Shown here: positions 1 to 10,424 of the stretch, in pieces
Position numbering within the stretch: position 1 is the first letter of the stretch
Layout of the letters: each line of letters opens with the position of its first letter
Origin: Marinagarivorans sp.
GTDB lineage: Bacteria > Pseudomonadota > Gammaproteobacteria > Pseudomonadales > Cellvibrionaceae
DNA length: 64,000 nt
Reading direction: 5' to 3'
Assembly (NCBI GenBank): GCA_036554385.1
Contig: DATBNJ010000182.1
Location: 745 to 64,744 of the forward strand
The notes under the pieces: model-generated
Seen by the model: only the letters and a program-made list of their open reading frames with translations
Told to the model about the DNA's origin: nothing
Databases searched by the model: none
Made by a program: the position numbers and the translations under genes

Positions 1-692
1 GTTCTTACGCGTTTGCTGCCTTTAACCACTGTTTTTTGCGCGGCGCGCTTGCGATCAATGTTGGCGTCTATAGCGTTTTTCGCCGCAATTAAAAGGCCTG
101 CGACAATAAAGGCACCGGGCGGTAATACGGCCACTAAAAAGCTTGGGTAACTAGCGCCAAACACGTAAAGAGTTAAATCGACCCCATCACCGAGCAGTAA
201 ATGCATGTCGGCCAACAGCGTCCCTTGGCCCAAAATTTCTCGCACGCCGCCGATAACAACAAGTACGGCACCAAAGCCAAGCCCCATCATTAAACCATCG
301 TAAATTGAAGGCAGTATGGGGTTTTTGCTGGCAAAGGCATCGGCTCGTCCGAGGATGGCGCAGTTGGTGACGATTAGGGGAATAAATATGCCCAATATTT
401 GATAAAGCTCGTAGGTAAAGGCCTGCATTAGCAGTTCCGTGCAGGTGGTAAAAGCGGCGATGATCATCACAAACGCCGGTAGCCGAATGGCATCGGTTAC
501 GGCATTGCGGATAATCGAGACAGCGAAGTTCGAGCCGACTAAAACCAGCATGGTTGCCAAACCTAGCCCGAGTGCGTTAACCACAGAGCCCGATACAGCC
601 AGCAAAGGGCATAGGCCCAGCAGCTGAACGAGAGCGGGGTTATTGCTCCACAGTCCTGTTCGAGCGATTTCTTTGTAGTCGACATTACTCAC
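1..692 (-). CDS. rnfE: Rnf/Rsx electron transport complex subunit E, partial (runs off the left edge; not in the ORF track)
   Basis: Manual translation from GTG at 692 gives [33 protein letters not shown]...; the frame is open to base 1, the start overlaps the rnfG stop by 8 nt, and WxxNPxLVQxLGLCPxLAV is the RnfE motif. Confidence 0.93.
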   Translation of the reverse strand, partial: MSNVDYKEIARTGLWSNNPALVQLLGLCPLLAVSGSVVNALGLGLATMLVLVGSNFAVSIIRNAVTDAIRLPAFVMIIAAFTTCTELLMQAFTYELYQILGIFIPLIVTNCAILGRADAFASKNPILPSIYDGLMMGLGFGAVLVVIGGVREILGQGTLLADMHLLLGDGVDLTLYVFGASYPSFLVAVLPPGAFIVAGLLIAAKNAIDANIDRKRAAQKTVVKGSKRVR

Positions 693-1341
693 GGGTGGAC
701 TCCTGTTGTGGCAAGATTTTAGCGGCGTCTAACCACTCGGTGCGGCGTTGTTGATAGAGCTCGAGGGTAGATTTTATGCGCTTGATGACGGCGCGCGGTG
801 TAATGGTGGCGCCGGTAAATTGGTCAAAAACCCCCCCATCTTTTTTGACCTTCCATTGCTCGGCGGGCGGGGTAGTCAGCGATAAACCCTTGAAGCTGTG
901 CATCCACGGGGATTTGCGCAAGTCAATTTTGTCGCCTAACCCGGGGGTTTCTTTGTGCGCTAAAACGCGCGCGCCGGCGAGGGTACCATCTGTGTTTATT
1001 GCGATAATTAATTTGATGTCGCCGCTATAACCGTCGCGAGCCAGCGATGGAATAATCAGCGCGGTAGTCTTGCCGTTTAATTTAGCAACGTGGAGCGCTA
1101 CTGGCGCATCAAAGCCTAGGGCTCGGCTGTCGGCTGCCGACGCCCAAAGTGTGTCAGCCAGCATATCGTTGTCGTGTCGCGACGCTGGCACCATATCGAT
1201 AAGTGCGGCGGAAGCGGCTTTGCGTTCCTCTTGGAGTATTCGCGTTTTAGTGCTTTGGAAAGTGATCGCAATTATCGCGGCAGTCGCCGCTGCAAAAGCA
1301 CCCAGTATAAGGCTGTTTTTAGTAATGGATTGGCCGAGCAT
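685..1341 (-). CDS. rnfG: Rnf/Rsx subunit G (covalent FMN)
   Basis: N-terminal TM anchor, [11 protein letters not shown] and [12 protein letters not shown]-binding motif; lies between rnfD and rnfE. Confidence 0.95.
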   Translation of the reverse strand: MLGQSITKNSLILGAFAAATAAIIAITFQSTKTRILQEERKAASAALIDMVPASRHDNDMLADTLWASAADSRALGFDAPVALHVAKLNGKTTALIIPSLARDGYSGDIKLIIAINTDGTLAGARVLAHKETPGLGDKIDLRKSPWMHSFKGLSLTTPPAEQWKVKKDGGVFDQFTGATITPRAVIKRIKSTLELYQQRRTEWLDAAKILPQQESTRE

Positions 1342-1343
1342 GA

Positions 1344-2402
1344 CTAGGAATTCTCTGTGCGTGTGGCGCGTTTGGCTTTGGCGTGGCCGTAGGTTCTAGG
1401 TAGGGTGTAATAGTCAATAAACGGTGCGGCGAAGTTCATTAATAATACGGCGAAGGCGACGGCATCTGGGTAGTTACCCCAAACGCGGATAATGTAAACC
1501 AAAGCGCCAATCATAGCGCCGTAAATTAGGCGCCCTTTATTACTGGTGGCCGAAGATACCGGGTCGGTCACAATAAAAAACGCGCCCAGCATTGTCGCGC
1601 CCGAAAATAAATGCAAAAGCGGGGAACCACCACTGGAGGAACTGCCACTGTCGTAAAATGCCGCGGAAAGCAGCGCCAATGTCGCCAACATAGCAATGGG
1701 CGCGTGCCATGTAAAAACGCGGCGAATTAATAAAAAGATGCCGCCGACTAAAAAGGCAACATTGACCCATTCGTAACCAGCGCCGGCAAATACGCCCTGT
1801 GTGAAAATCGCGTTGTTATTGTGAATATCTTCGGCCGTTAGCCCGCGGCTTTGCTTAAAGACATCAAGCGGGGTTGCACCAGTAAGTGCATCTAGCGGCG
1901 TCGAGCCGATAATTAACTGGGCCAAAGCCGAAACATCAAAGAGTGCGCCGTTGGTGGCGATGTTTTCTGGGGCGAGCCATAACGTCATGTACTGGGGAAA
2001 CGAAATAAGCAATACCACATAACCGACCATAGCGGGGTTGAACGGGTTATACCCCAAGCCGCCGTAAAGCTGTTTGGCGACCACGATACTGGCGATTATG
2101 CCGACCGCAATCAGCCACCAACTACTTGCTGGCGGGATGGCAATCGCGAGCAGTACCGCGGTGACCACAGCGCTTAAATCTTTAAGGTAAAAGCCGATCG
2201 GACGCTTTCGCAGTTTTAAGATAAGAGCTTCAAAACCCAAGGCAAACACACAGGCGATGACGATGTTGGATAAGGTGCCCAAGCCAAAAAAGTAGGTCAG
2301 CACGGCGATGCCGGGCAGTGTTGCAATGAGCACGTCACGCATAACGCGTTGCGTGGTGTTGGGGTTATGGGTATGAGGGGACGAAGCGCGCAGAAAAGCC
2401 AT
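1344..2402 (-). CDS. rnfD: Rnf/Rsx subunit D
   Basis: Starts with SSPH, polytopic membrane protein, KQLYGGLGYNPFNPAM, FMN Thr motif DALTGATPLD, FIVTDPVS. Confidence 0.96.
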   Translation of the reverse strand: MAFLRASSPHTHNPNTTQRVMRDVLIATLPGIAVLTYFFGLGTLSNIVIACVFALGFEALILKLRKRPIGFYLKDLSAVVTAVLLAIAIPPASSWWLIAVGIIASIVVAKQLYGGLGYNPFNPAMVGYVVLLISFPQYMTLWLAPENIATNGALFDVSALAQLIIGSTPLDALTGATPLDVFKQSRGLTAEDIHNNNAIFTQGVFAGAGYEWVNVAFLVGGIFLLIRRVFTWHAPIAMLATLALLSAAFYDSGSSSSGGSPLLHLFSGATMLGAFFIVTDPVSSATSNKGRLIYGAMIGALVYIIRVWGNYPDAVAFAVLLMNFAAPFIDYYTLPRTYGHAKAKRATRTENS

Positions 2403-2430
2403 TCAAAAAGCCACAGTAATTAATCGGGTA

Positions 2431-2460
2431 AAAACAAAAGTGGGGGCTTTAGCCCCCACT
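2431..2460 (-). terminator. Intrinsic terminator downstream of mscS, inside the rnf operon
   Basis: Inverted repeat AGTGGGGGCT (2439-2448) / AGCCCCCACT (2451-2460) followed on the minus strand by TTTGTTTTT. Confidence 0.75.
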
Positions 2461-2464
2461 GAGC

Positions 2465-3295
2465 CTACTTTTCAACTTGATGCATATACACATCTTGTTG
2501 TGGGTAAGGAATGGTAATGCCGTTGGCATCAAAGGTGTTTTTAATTTCTTCGAGCAAGTACCAGCGAGTTGGCCAGTAGTCGCCAGACGCCACCCACGGC
2601 CGAACAACGAAGTTTACGCTGCTATCGCCGAGCTCGTTGACAGCAACCACGGGAGCTGGGTCTTGCATGATGCGCTCGTCGGCATCGAGTACCTGCATGA
2701 TGAGGTCGCGCGCTTTTTTCATGTCGTCGTCGTAGCTAATGCCGATGGTTAAGTCGATGCGTCGCGTGGCGCGGGCAGAGTAGTTAGTTATGGTTCCGCC
2801 GTAAATTTGTGCATTCGGCACGATGATTTCTTTGTTGTCACCCGAGCGGAAAACCGTATTAAACACTTCAATTTTTTCGACAATGCCCGCGATTCCCCCA
2901 GCTTCAATAAAATCACCGGTTTTGAAGGGTTTGAAAAGAATCAACATTACGCCGGCAGCGAAGTTGGATAGCGAATCTTTTAGCGCAAGGCCTACGGCCA
3001 AACCCGCAGCACCTAATAGCGCCAGTAATGAGGTGGTGTTCACTCCCAGTTGCTCAACGGCGATCAAAATAATGACAAAGCTGAACACGGTGCCGAGAAT
3101 TGCTGTTAAGAAGCCGCGTAAAACCGGATCCATTTTGCGCAATTCCATGCCCTTGTCGATCAGTCTAACAATGTGGGAGGCAACCCACTTACCGATAAAG
3201 TAAATGGCGATGGCCACTAGCACGTTGATCAAAAACGGAACAACGCTGTCCATCCAAGCCCCATCGGCAAAAAACTCATTTATTTGCTCTAACAT
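2465..3295 (-). CDS. mscS: Small-conductance mechanosensitive channel MscS family
   Basis: Three N-terminal TM helices, TM3 LGAAGLAVGLALKDSLSNFAAG, PFKTGDFI, IIVPN, TRRIDLTIGISY, GITIPYPQQDVYM. Confidence 0.93.
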   Translation of the reverse strand: MLEQINEFFADGAWMDSVVPFLINVLVAIAIYFIGKWVASHIVRLIDKGMELRKMDPVLRGFLTAILGTVFSFVIILIAVEQLGVNTTSLLALLGAAGLAVGLALKDSLSNFAAGVMLILFKPFKTGDFIEAGGIAGIVEKIEVFNTVFRSGDNKEIIVPNAQIYGGTITNYSARATRRIDLTIGISYDDDMKKARDLIMQVLDADERIMQDPAPVVAVNELGDSSVNFVVRPWVASGDYWPTRWYLLEEIKNTFDANGITIPYPQQDVYMHQVEK

Positions 3296-3433
3296 AGGTA
3301 ACTCCTAATTGGTTTTAGCGCCCGTAATAGACGCACGATAGTTGTTTTCACCCTGTGGTCATGCAACGTATGTCCCTATCGCCTTAAAATTGCTCGGCTT
3401 TTTCAACGGGTGGTTTCCCAATGTTGTTAGGCT

Positions 3434-5698
3434 TTACGTTGTGCTTTCTTGCGTTCCCTCATTCATTGCATCCTGCAGTTTTTGCTCCAATTTCTCTACG
3501 CCCGCGGCAAACGCCGCTATGTTGTCGTCGTTGTCTTGCTCGGCCTTATGTAAGCGCGACTTGGCTTTAGCGAGCCGTTTCTCTAGTGAAGCGATATTGG
3601 CCGCGCGCTTCTCCTCTAGCGACATCGCCGCGGCCGCTTTAGCTTTTGCTTGCGCCTTGGCGATGGCGGCTGCGGCGGCATCTGTAGTGGCCGGTTCCAC
3701 TGCAAGCTCTGCTGGCAGCGCTTTGGTGGCCTCTAGCGCGTGCCGCGCCTCATCAACCTTAATTTCGAGTTTTTCTACGCCCTGTTTAAGGGCGTTAATT
3801 GTGGGTTTGCCCGCTTCAATGGCTTCGGCTAATTTCTCGCGCGCGGTTGCCAAGCGCTTGCTGATTGATGCGAGGTTCTTTTCCGCTATGGCGACAGGGT
3901 CGTCGCTTTTGGCTGTAGCAGCGGACGCGTTTTGGGCGCCACTATCTTGGGACGCGCTGCTGTTTTGCGATGCCTGCGTTTGCTTTAAAGCGGCCAGTTT
4001 AGCGCGCGCATCTTGCAGTTTTATTTGTGTTTGTTTTAACTGCGAGGTGAGCTTCTCGACCGGTTGTTGATTCTCGCTCGCCTCAGCAATTTGGCTGTTT
4101 AGTCGCTCCATTCGCGCATTGAGGCTTGCCAATGTTCTTTCAATACGCGCCTTATCCTGTTCGGGATTATTTTGCGCTTTGGCAGCGACCGTTGCCTTTG
4201 TTGCCATGGTTTCTTCGGGCGTTGCCCCAGCGCTTGCATTGGCCTGTTTTGCTTTGTTCTGCTCGGCGGCGAGTTTGCGCGCTTGACGTTTCGCCTCTTT
4301 GGCGGCCTCTTCTTTGGCGATACGTGCTTGGCGGCGCTCAAAGCGCTCGCGCGCGCGATCGGACTTCAGCTTGTCCTCCTGCGCTTGGCGAATCGTCCCT
4401 TTTGCCGATCGGTAATACTGCACCAGTGGAATGGCGCTCGGGCAGACATAAGAGCAGGCGCCGCACTCGATGCAATCAAATAAATTGTGATTTTGCAGTT
4501 TTTCGTGCTCGTCAGCCCGTGCATACCAATAAAGTTGCTGCGGCAGTAATCCAGCCGGGCAAGCTTCGGCGCAGTGTCCACAGCGAATACAGGCTTGTTG
4601 TGCTGGGGCCTCGGGCATTTCAGTGTGGCTCGGTGCCAGAATGCAGTTTGTGGTTTTCACCACCGGCACGCTCGTTTGCTCAAGGGCAAAGCCCATCATC
4701 GGGCCGCCAACGATCAAACGCGCGCTAGACGCTGGATTAAACCCGTTCTCTTCGAGAACGCGGTCCATGGGGGTGCCGATGCGTACACGCATATTGCGCT
4801 GCGTTTTTAGCGACTCGCCAACCACGGTTGTAATGCGCTCGATGAGCGGTTCGCCATAGCGCACCGCGCGCCAAGCTGCGACCGCGGTGCCAACATTTTG
4901 CACCACAATACCGAGGCTTGCGGGGATTTGCCCAGAGGTAACCTCTTTGCCCGTCAAAATGTAAATGAGCTGCTTTTCGCCACCGGAGGGGTACTTGGTG
5001 GGAAAGCTCACGACCTCGATATCGCTTCCCTTGGCGGCACCTTCCAGCGCAGCGATGGCTTTGGGTTTGTTGTCTTCTACGCCGATTAGTACCTGCGCGG
5101 GATTGCCGAGGGTATGAGCCAACAGCTGAGCGCCGAGAATAACTTCATCGGCGTGCGCTTGCATGAGCGCATCGTCGGCGGTGATATACGGCTCGCATTC
5201 GGTACCATTTAAGATCAGCGTATTAATGACCGTATTGCTGCGCGGGTTTAATTTAACGGCCGTTGGAAAGCCCGCGCCGCCCAGTCCGACCAATCCGGCC
5301 GAACGAATTTTTTCAATAAGCGTTGCGTGCTCCAGCTCGAAAGGATTGGGCGCTTCGCTCAGCGCTAAAGCGGTGTCTAAACCGTCTGCTTTTATCACGA
5401 TACAAGGCGCGCTCAGGCCTGAGGGGTGCGCAATAAAACGGTCTTCGATGGCGGTCACCACGCCCGAAGTCGGGGCGTGTAAGGCAGCGCTAAATACTCC
5501 TTCGGTATCGGCAAGCCGTTGGTATTTTTTAACCGCATCGCCGACCTCAACTACCGGTGTAGAGGGAGCGCCAATATGCTGCGCGAGCGGCAGTACGTAT
5601 TCATCAACCAGCGCGGCGGTGGCGATGGGGTGTTGCAGCGACTGCGCTTTGTTTTCCGGCGGGTGCACGCCGCCGGGGACTTCCCAAATTTTCCTCAT
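3434..5698 (-). CDS. rnfC: Rnf/Rsx subunit C with a long C-terminal coiled-coil extension
   Basis: [42 protein letters not shown] and two CxxCxxCxxxCP ferredoxin motifs, then about 310 aa of Ala/Lys/Glu/Gln-rich tail. Confidence 0.96.
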   Translation of the reverse strand: MRKIWEVPGGVHPPENKAQSLQHPIATAALVDEYVLPLAQHIGAPSTPVVEVGDAVKKYQRLADTEGVFSAALHAPTSGVVTAIEDRFIAHPSGLSAPCIVIKADGLDTALALSEAPNPFELEHATLIEKIRSAGLVGLGGAGFPTAVKLNPRSNTVINTLILNGTECEPYITADDALMQAHADEVILGAQLLAHTLGNPAQVLIGVEDNKPKAIAALEGAAKGSDIEVVSFPTKYPSGGEKQLIYILTGKEVTSGQIPASLGIVVQNVGTAVAAWRAVRYGEPLIERITTVVGESLKTQRNMRVRIGTPMDRVLEENGFNPASSARLIVGGPMMGFALEQTSVPVVKTTNCILAPSHTEMPEAPAQQACIRCGHCAEACPAGLLPQQLYWYARADEHEKLQNHNLFDCIECGACSYVCPSAIPLVQYYRSAKGTIRQAQEDKLKSDRARERFERRQARIAKEEAAKEAKRQARKLAAEQNKAKQANASAGATPEETMATKATVAAKAQNNPEQDKARIERTLASLNARMERLNSQIAEASENQQPVEKLTSQLKQTQIKLQDARAKLAALKQTQASQNSSASQDSGAQNASAATAKSDDPVAIAEKNLASISKRLATAREKLAEAIEAGKPTINALKQGVEKLEIKVDEARHALEATKALPAELAVEPATTDAAAAAIAKAQAKAKAAAAMSLEEKRAANIASLEKRLAKAKSRLHKAEQDNDDNIAAFAAGVEKLEQKLQDAMNEGTQESTT

Positions 5699-6300
5699 GC
5701 GGCATTCTCCTGCTTGGCAGGGCGGTCGGTCGCAATGATGTCACTTTGGGGCTTTTCCCAGACCCACTGCTGCACGCCTGGCTCGAGCGGTATCAGGTCG
5801 ATGCAGTCGACGGGGCAGGGCTCTACGCACAAATCGCAGCCAGTGCACTCGCTGGCAATGACCGTGTGCATTTTTTTCTGGGCGCCCAAAATCGCATCCA
5901 CGGGGCACGCTTGAATGCACTTTGTGCAGCCAATGCAATCTTCCTCGCGAATAAACGCAACTTGCTTAACTTCCGGGGCCTCACCGTGCTCTGCATCCAG
6001 CGACGGCGCTTCAACGCCGAGTAAGTCGGCCAAGTTGTTAATGGTGGTTTGGCCGCCGGGTGGGCAGTGGTTAATGGCTTCGCCGTTGACAATCGCTTGT
6101 GCGTACGGGCGGCAGCCGGGGTGCCCGCATTGCCCGCATTGCGTTTGCGGCAATAGCGCGTCGACCTGATCGACTAACGGATCACCTTCAACTTTGTATT
6201 TAACCGCGGCAAAACCGAGGATGGCGCCGAACACAAGCGATAACGCGGCCAATACCAAAAGCGCCCCCAAAACGGGGTTGTCAATTATCCAGTGCAACAT
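5695..6300 (-). CDS. rnfB: Rnf/Rsx subunit B
   Basis: [18 protein letters not shown] FeS domain plus [16 protein letters not shown] and [16 protein letters not shown]. Confidence 0.96.
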   Translation of the reverse strand: MLHWIIDNPVLGALLVLAALSLVFGAILGFAAVKYKVEGDPLVDQVDALLPQTQCGQCGHPGCRPYAQAIVNGEAINHCPPGGQTTINNLADLLGVEAPSLDAEHGEAPEVKQVAFIREEDCIGCTKCIQACPVDAILGAQKKMHTVIASECTGCDLCVEPCPVDCIDLIPLEPGVQQWVWEKPQSDIIATDRPAKQENAA

Positions 6301-6303
6301 TAC

Positions 6304-6879
6304 TTATACCAGCCCTGCAAAACCCATAAAGGCTAGGGACATTAAGCCTGCGGTAATCATTCCGATGGCGGCACCGCGAAAGTGTGTTGGCACATCGGCA
6401 GCGGCCAGACGCTCACGCATGGCAGAAAACAAAATTAAAACGAGTGAAAAACCCACGGCAGCGCCAAATCCGTAAAGGGCCGATTGGCTGAAAGTGTGTA
6501 CTTTGTTGGTATTTTGCAAAGCCACACCGAGCACCGCGCAGTTGGTTGTAATTAGAGGTAAAAATACCCCGAGCACGCGGTAAAGCAGCGGGCTGGTTTT
6601 TTCAATAAACATCTTGGCGAACTGCACAACCGCAGCAATAACCAAAATAAAGCTAATAGTTTTTAAAAACGTTAAACCTAAGGGGGCCAGTATCCACGAA
6701 TGCACCATATAGCTGCAAATGCTGGCGAGCGTTAGTACAAAGGTAGTGGCCGCAGCCATGCCGATTGCGGTTTCCAATTTGTTGGAAACGCCCATAAAAG
6801 GGCAGAGTCCCAAGAACTGGACCAGCACAAAATTGTTAACCAAAACAGCGCCAACAAAAATGACAAAAAACTCAGTCAT
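6304..6879 (-). CDS. rnfA: Rnf/Rsx subunit A
   Basis: [20 protein letters not shown] and [19 protein letters not shown] motifs. Confidence 0.96.
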   Translation of the reverse strand: MTEFFVIFVGAVLVNNFVLVQFLGLCPFMGVSNKLETAIGMAAATTFVLTLASICSYMVHSWILAPLGLTFLKTISFILVIAAVVQFAKMFIEKTSPLLYRVLGVFLPLITTNCAVLGVALQNTNKVHTFSQSALYGFGAAVGFSLVLILFSAMRERLAAADVPTHFRGAAIGMITAGLMSLAFMGFAGLV

Positions 6880-8915
6880 TACATTACTCGCATGCCGGGC
6901 TGTGCGCCCTCGTTAGGTTCTAAAATGAACAATTCTTTACCGCCGGGGCCCGCTGCCAAAACCATGCCTTCAGACATGCCAAATTTCATTTTGCGTGGCT
7001 TTAGGTTGGCGACCATTACGGTGTGCTTACCAATTAAAGCCTCTGGCTGATAGGCGCTTTTAATTCCAGCGAATACGTTGCGTGATTCACCGATGTCCAG
7101 CGTTAAGCGCAGCAGTTTGTTGGCCCCTTCAACGTGTTCGGCGTTAATAATTTTAGCGACGCGCAAATCAACTTTGGCAAAGTCGTTAAAGTCGATTTCG
7201 TCGGCGATGGGCTCCTTGGTAAGCCAAGGGTTATCAGTGTTATTGCTCGTTAAAGCGCTTGCGCCCGCAGCTGGCATCGACTCGATGCTGGCCGCCACCA
7301 TGCTTTCTACGGCTTTGGGGTCTACGCGGGTCATTAGCGGTTTAAACTCGTTAATTGCGTGATCGCCCAGATAGGACAGCTCCGGCTGCCAAGCAAGGGT
7401 AGTGGCCAAAAACGCTTCTGAAGCTTCGGCCGTTTTTGGTAGCACCGGCTTTAAAAAAGTCATTAGCGCTGCAAAGCAATTAACGCCCAAGCTGCAAATA
7501 TCGGCAACCTGTTGCGCGTTGCGGGGCTCTTTGGCTAGCGTCCAAGGCGCCATCTCGGCAATATATTCGTTGGCAGCGTCGGCCAGTGCCATAATTTCAC
7601 GCATGGCCTTGCCGAATTCGCGCCCTTCGTAGAGCTCGGCTATGGTGTTATTGGCATCGACAAAGCGTTGCCACAAGGCTGGGTTGGGGTTGTTAGGGGA
7701 TAAGCGGCCGCCGGCTTTGTTAATAAACTTCGCCGTGCGACTTGCGATATTGACCACTTTACCCACCAAGTCGCTATTTACGCGGGTAACGAAATCATCG
7801 AGGTTAAGGTCGAGGTCGTCGACACCACCGGTCAGTTTGGTTGCGTAGTAATAGCGAAGATACTCAGGGTTTAAGTAATCTAAGTAGGTGCTGGCCTTAA
7901 TAAAAGTGCCGCGCGACTTGCTCATTTTTTTGCCGTCTACGGTCAAAAAACCGTGGACAAAAATTTGGCTTGGCGTGCGCAGTTCGGCTGAATGCAGCAT
8001 AGCTGGCCAAAAAAGGGCGTGAAAGTTGATGATATCTTTGCCGATAAAGTGATAAACCTCGGCGCTGCTATCTTTGGCCCAGTAGTCGTTGAAGTCGAGG
8101 CCGTGCTGGTCGCAGTAATTTTTGGCGCTGGCAATATAGCCAATGGGGGCATCTAGCCAAACGTAAAAATACTTGCCTGGCTCGCCCGGTATTTCAAAGC
8201 CAAAGTAGGGCGCGTCGCGAGAGATATCCCACTCTTGTAGGCCAACATCCAACCACTCAGCGATTTTATTCGCGACTTCAGGCTGAAGGTGGCCTGCGCG
8301 GGTCCAGTCTTTCAAATAATCGCTGAACTCAGGCAGCTTAAAAAATAGGTGCTTCGAGTCTTTGGCGATCGGGGTTGCGCCGGAGATGGCTGATTTTGCA
8401 TCGATCAGCTCCATTGGCGAGTAGGTGGCCGAGCATGCCTCGCAGTTATCGCCGTACTGGTCCGGTGTTTTGCATTTTGGGCAGGTTCCCTTGATGTAGC
8501 GGTCCGCCAAAAATAGCTGCTTTTCTGGGTCAAAGGCCTGCGTAATGGTGCGTTCTGCTATGTGCCCGTTGGCTTTTAAGCGGTTGTAGATCTCGGCAGA
8601 CAGCGCTTTGTTTTCTTCGGAGTGCGTGGTGTGATAATTGTCGAATCCGATATTAAAAGCGGCAAAGTCGGCCTCGTGCTCTTGGCGCACTTGGGCGATT
8701 TGCTGTTCGGCGCTGATGCCGTTTTTTTCGGCGGTTAGCATAATTGCGGTGCCGTGGGCGTCGTCGGCGCAGACGTACAGGCAATCGTGGCCGCGCTGCT
8801 TTTGAAAACGCACCCAAATATCGGTTTGGATAGTCTCTACCATATGGCCGAGATGGATCGAACCATTGGCATAGGGCAGTGCGCTAGTCACCAAAATTTT
8901 GCGTTTTGTAGTCAT
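6879..8915 (-). CDS. metG: Methionine--tRNA ligase with C-terminal tRNA-binding domain
   Basis: [13 protein letters not shown] (HIGH), Zn knuckle CPKC/CEAC, KMSKS and [10 protein letters not shown]...[10 protein letters not shown]. Start placed at ATG 8915 ([10 protein letters not shown]); the ORF track extends it to 8984. Confidence 0.98.
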   Translation of the reverse strand: MTTKRKILVTSALPYANGSIHLGHMVETIQTDIWVRFQKQRGHDCLYVCADDAHGTAIMLTAEKNGISAEQQIAQVRQEHEADFAAFNIGFDNYHTTHSEENKALSAEIYNRLKANGHIAERTITQAFDPEKQLFLADRYIKGTCPKCKTPDQYGDNCEACSATYSPMELIDAKSAISGATPIAKDSKHLFFKLPEFSDYLKDWTRAGHLQPEVANKIAEWLDVGLQEWDISRDAPYFGFEIPGEPGKYFYVWLDAPIGYIASAKNYCDQHGLDFNDYWAKDSSAEVYHFIGKDIINFHALFWPAMLHSAELRTPSQIFVHGFLTVDGKKMSKSRGTFIKASTYLDYLNPEYLRYYYATKLTGGVDDLDLNLDDFVTRVNSDLVGKVVNIASRTAKFINKAGGRLSPNNPNPALWQRFVDANNTIAELYEGREFGKAMREIMALADAANEYIAEMAPWTLAKEPRNAQQVADICSLGVNCFAALMTFLKPVLPKTAEASEAFLATTLAWQPELSYLGDHAINEFKPLMTRVDPKAVESMVAASIESMPAAGASALTSNNTDNPWLTKEPIADEIDFNDFAKVDLRVAKIINAEHVEGANKLLRLTLDIGESRNVFAGIKSAYQPEALIGKHTVMVANLKPRKMKFGMSEGMVLAAGPGGKELFILEPNEGAQPGMRVM

Positions 8916-9123
8916 AAAATGCCGAAATCCTAACTGTTTTAAGGGGCTGCGCCAGACAGCGACCGTGCCAAACCCATGGGACAATTTGCCGCTGATAACC
9001 GCTTTAGCCGCGCCTTGCGTGGGAACTTGATCAGCGGCGTTGCTGCCATCGGGCTGCTAAGCGGGTTCTGCGCGAGGGGCGAACGGTTTGCTTAATGGGT
9101 TGGAGCTATTAAAAAAGCGCGAA

Positions 9124-9132
9124 ACTATACCA
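9124..9132 (-). promoter_or_regulatory. Candidate extended -10 element (TGGTATAGT) for the metG-rnf operon
   Basis: The minus strand reads TG-G-TATAGT, matching TGnTAnnnT, about 200 nt upstream of the metG start. Confidence 0.35.
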
Positions 9133-9319
9133 TTTTCGCCGTCTGTATGCATGACTTGAGGCGTTTTTTTTAAGCCAAAACCCTGATTTAACAGTGGTTT
9201 TTGGCGTGTTCGACTATACTGTGGGGCAAGCGTGCAACAGTTGCCGCTAGCGCGTTTGAGGTATGGTGATATTGCAGTTTTAGCGTGCCGCAATAGGCAA
9301 GAGCAAGCAGGGTAACCCG

Positions 9320-9556
9320 GTGGCAAGTACTGACGATCAGATTATTCAGGTCCACTTATCGATTAGCGCGCGCGAGTACTTGCTGTTGTACAAGGGCGTT
9401 GCCCGCGACGTATTGGCGACCGCGTGCGATGGTCGTAAGGTGCGATTTCCGGCCAAAATCCTGCAGCCCTATGTCACGCGCGAGGGGGTGCAAGGGCGTT
9501 TTTATATTCGCTTTAGCGCCGAGGGGCGCTTTATATCGATAGAAAAATATGGCTAG
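9320..9556 (+). CDS. DUF2835-like small protein
   Basis: 78 aa; pattern YLxxYxGxAxxV..DGRxVRFPAxILxPYVTxxGVxGxFxIxF recognised as DUF2835-like. Confidence 0.75.
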   Translation: MASTDDQIIQVHLSISAREYLLLYKGVARDVLATACDGRKVRFPAKILQPYVTREGVQGRFYIRFSAEGRFISIEKYG

Positions 9557-9558
9557 CG

Positions 9559-10206
9559 CTACGGGTTTTGTGTTGCCTCTTGCGAGGCCAGCTCAAAGCT
9601 ATCGTCGATAAAACGCTTAAACGTGCGCACAAATGCCTGCTGATTGATTACCCGGCTAGTGCGGGTAAGTTGATTGCCTCCAGCACCCGCTTGCACGCTG
9701 CGTTGGTCTTTAAACTGCGCTTTGATCTCGCCATTTTTTTCGAAAATAACGGCAAAGTCGCCTGCGCCGTGCTCGTTGTTGGCGTAAAGGTCTACCAGTG
9801 CACCATCGAAGTCGGGCGCGGTTATGCGCATATTATCAACTCGTGCGCGCACGGTGGTTTTGCCCGTCGAGCTAGCCGTTTGTGTTGTGCTGACTTGCCA
9901 GCCTTGCGCTGATAAGGCTTCGACCAGCGCCGCGGTTAGCCGCTCGCTGTAGCGTTGTTGTAAAGCGGCGATATCTGCCTTGGTGTGGTCGCGTGATTGT
10001 TCCCTTAACCAATAGCTCGCGAAGGTGACTTCGACGGGTTTAACCTGTGCGATTTGCGGTGTTAATGGCGCAAGGGCGTGAAGGGTGGCTTCGTCCATGT
10101 TCGGCGCATTCGCACAGGCCGCGGTGATTATCAGGCATCCGATGGGGGCGAGCAGGCGAGTGAGTTTGGTGGCGAGGTATGTTGGTGTGGTCATCAGGTT
10201 TTCCAT
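9559..10206 (-). CDS. Putative lipoprotein (possibly DUF3313-like)
   Basis: Hydrophobic signal ending in lipobox TAA-C, followed by a mixed alpha/beta domain. Family assignment is tentative. Confidence 0.65.
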   Translation of the reverse strand: MENLMTTPTYLATKLTRLLAPIGCLIITAACANAPNMDEATLHALAPLTPQIAQVKPVEVTFASYWLREQSRDHTKADIAALQQRYSERLTAALVEALSAQGWQVSTTQTASSTGKTTVRARVDNMRITAPDFDGALVDLYANNEHGAGDFAVIFEKNGEIKAQFKDQRSVQAGAGGNQLTRTSRVINQQAFVRTFKRFIDDSFELASQEATQNP

Positions 10207-10332
10207 TCGGCATTTGGCATTTGGCCATTCATGAGTGGGTGATCATTTAGGTCGATGATGGCTAAAAAGTTATTTCAGATCAAAAAGTACCCTAGGTAAC
10301 CGGTTTTAGTGCCATTAACTTAGGGCCGGACT

Positions 10333-10360
10333 ATTGATTCCGGCCATTGTACCCCCACTT
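10333..10360 (+). promoter_or_regulatory. Candidate sigma32 (RpoH) promoter for clpB
   Basis: ATTGAT-N14-CCCCACTT versus consensus CTTGAA-N13/14-CCCCATNT, about 65 nt upstream of a heat-shock gene. Confidence 0.5.
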
Positions 10361-10424
10361 TAAAGACAATACTTTTACCGATGCATTCGGTGTCGATAGA
10401 CATTACACCAACGGGGTGAACTAC

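Noticed and set aside
3342-4070. 242-aa plus-strand ORF
   Set aside because: Antisense shadow of the Ala/Lys-rich rnfC tail. The same applies to other long antisense ORFs such as 5163-5738, 32932-33522, 36067-36642 and 55730-56401.
8995-9040. SAM-II riboswitch-like words in the metG leader (GCUGAU...GCAA...GCUAAA on the minus strand)
   Set aside because: The required UUU after GA and the UUGC strand are missing (the sequence has UCA and ACGC), loop L3 is absent, and the element is more than 80 nt from the start codon.
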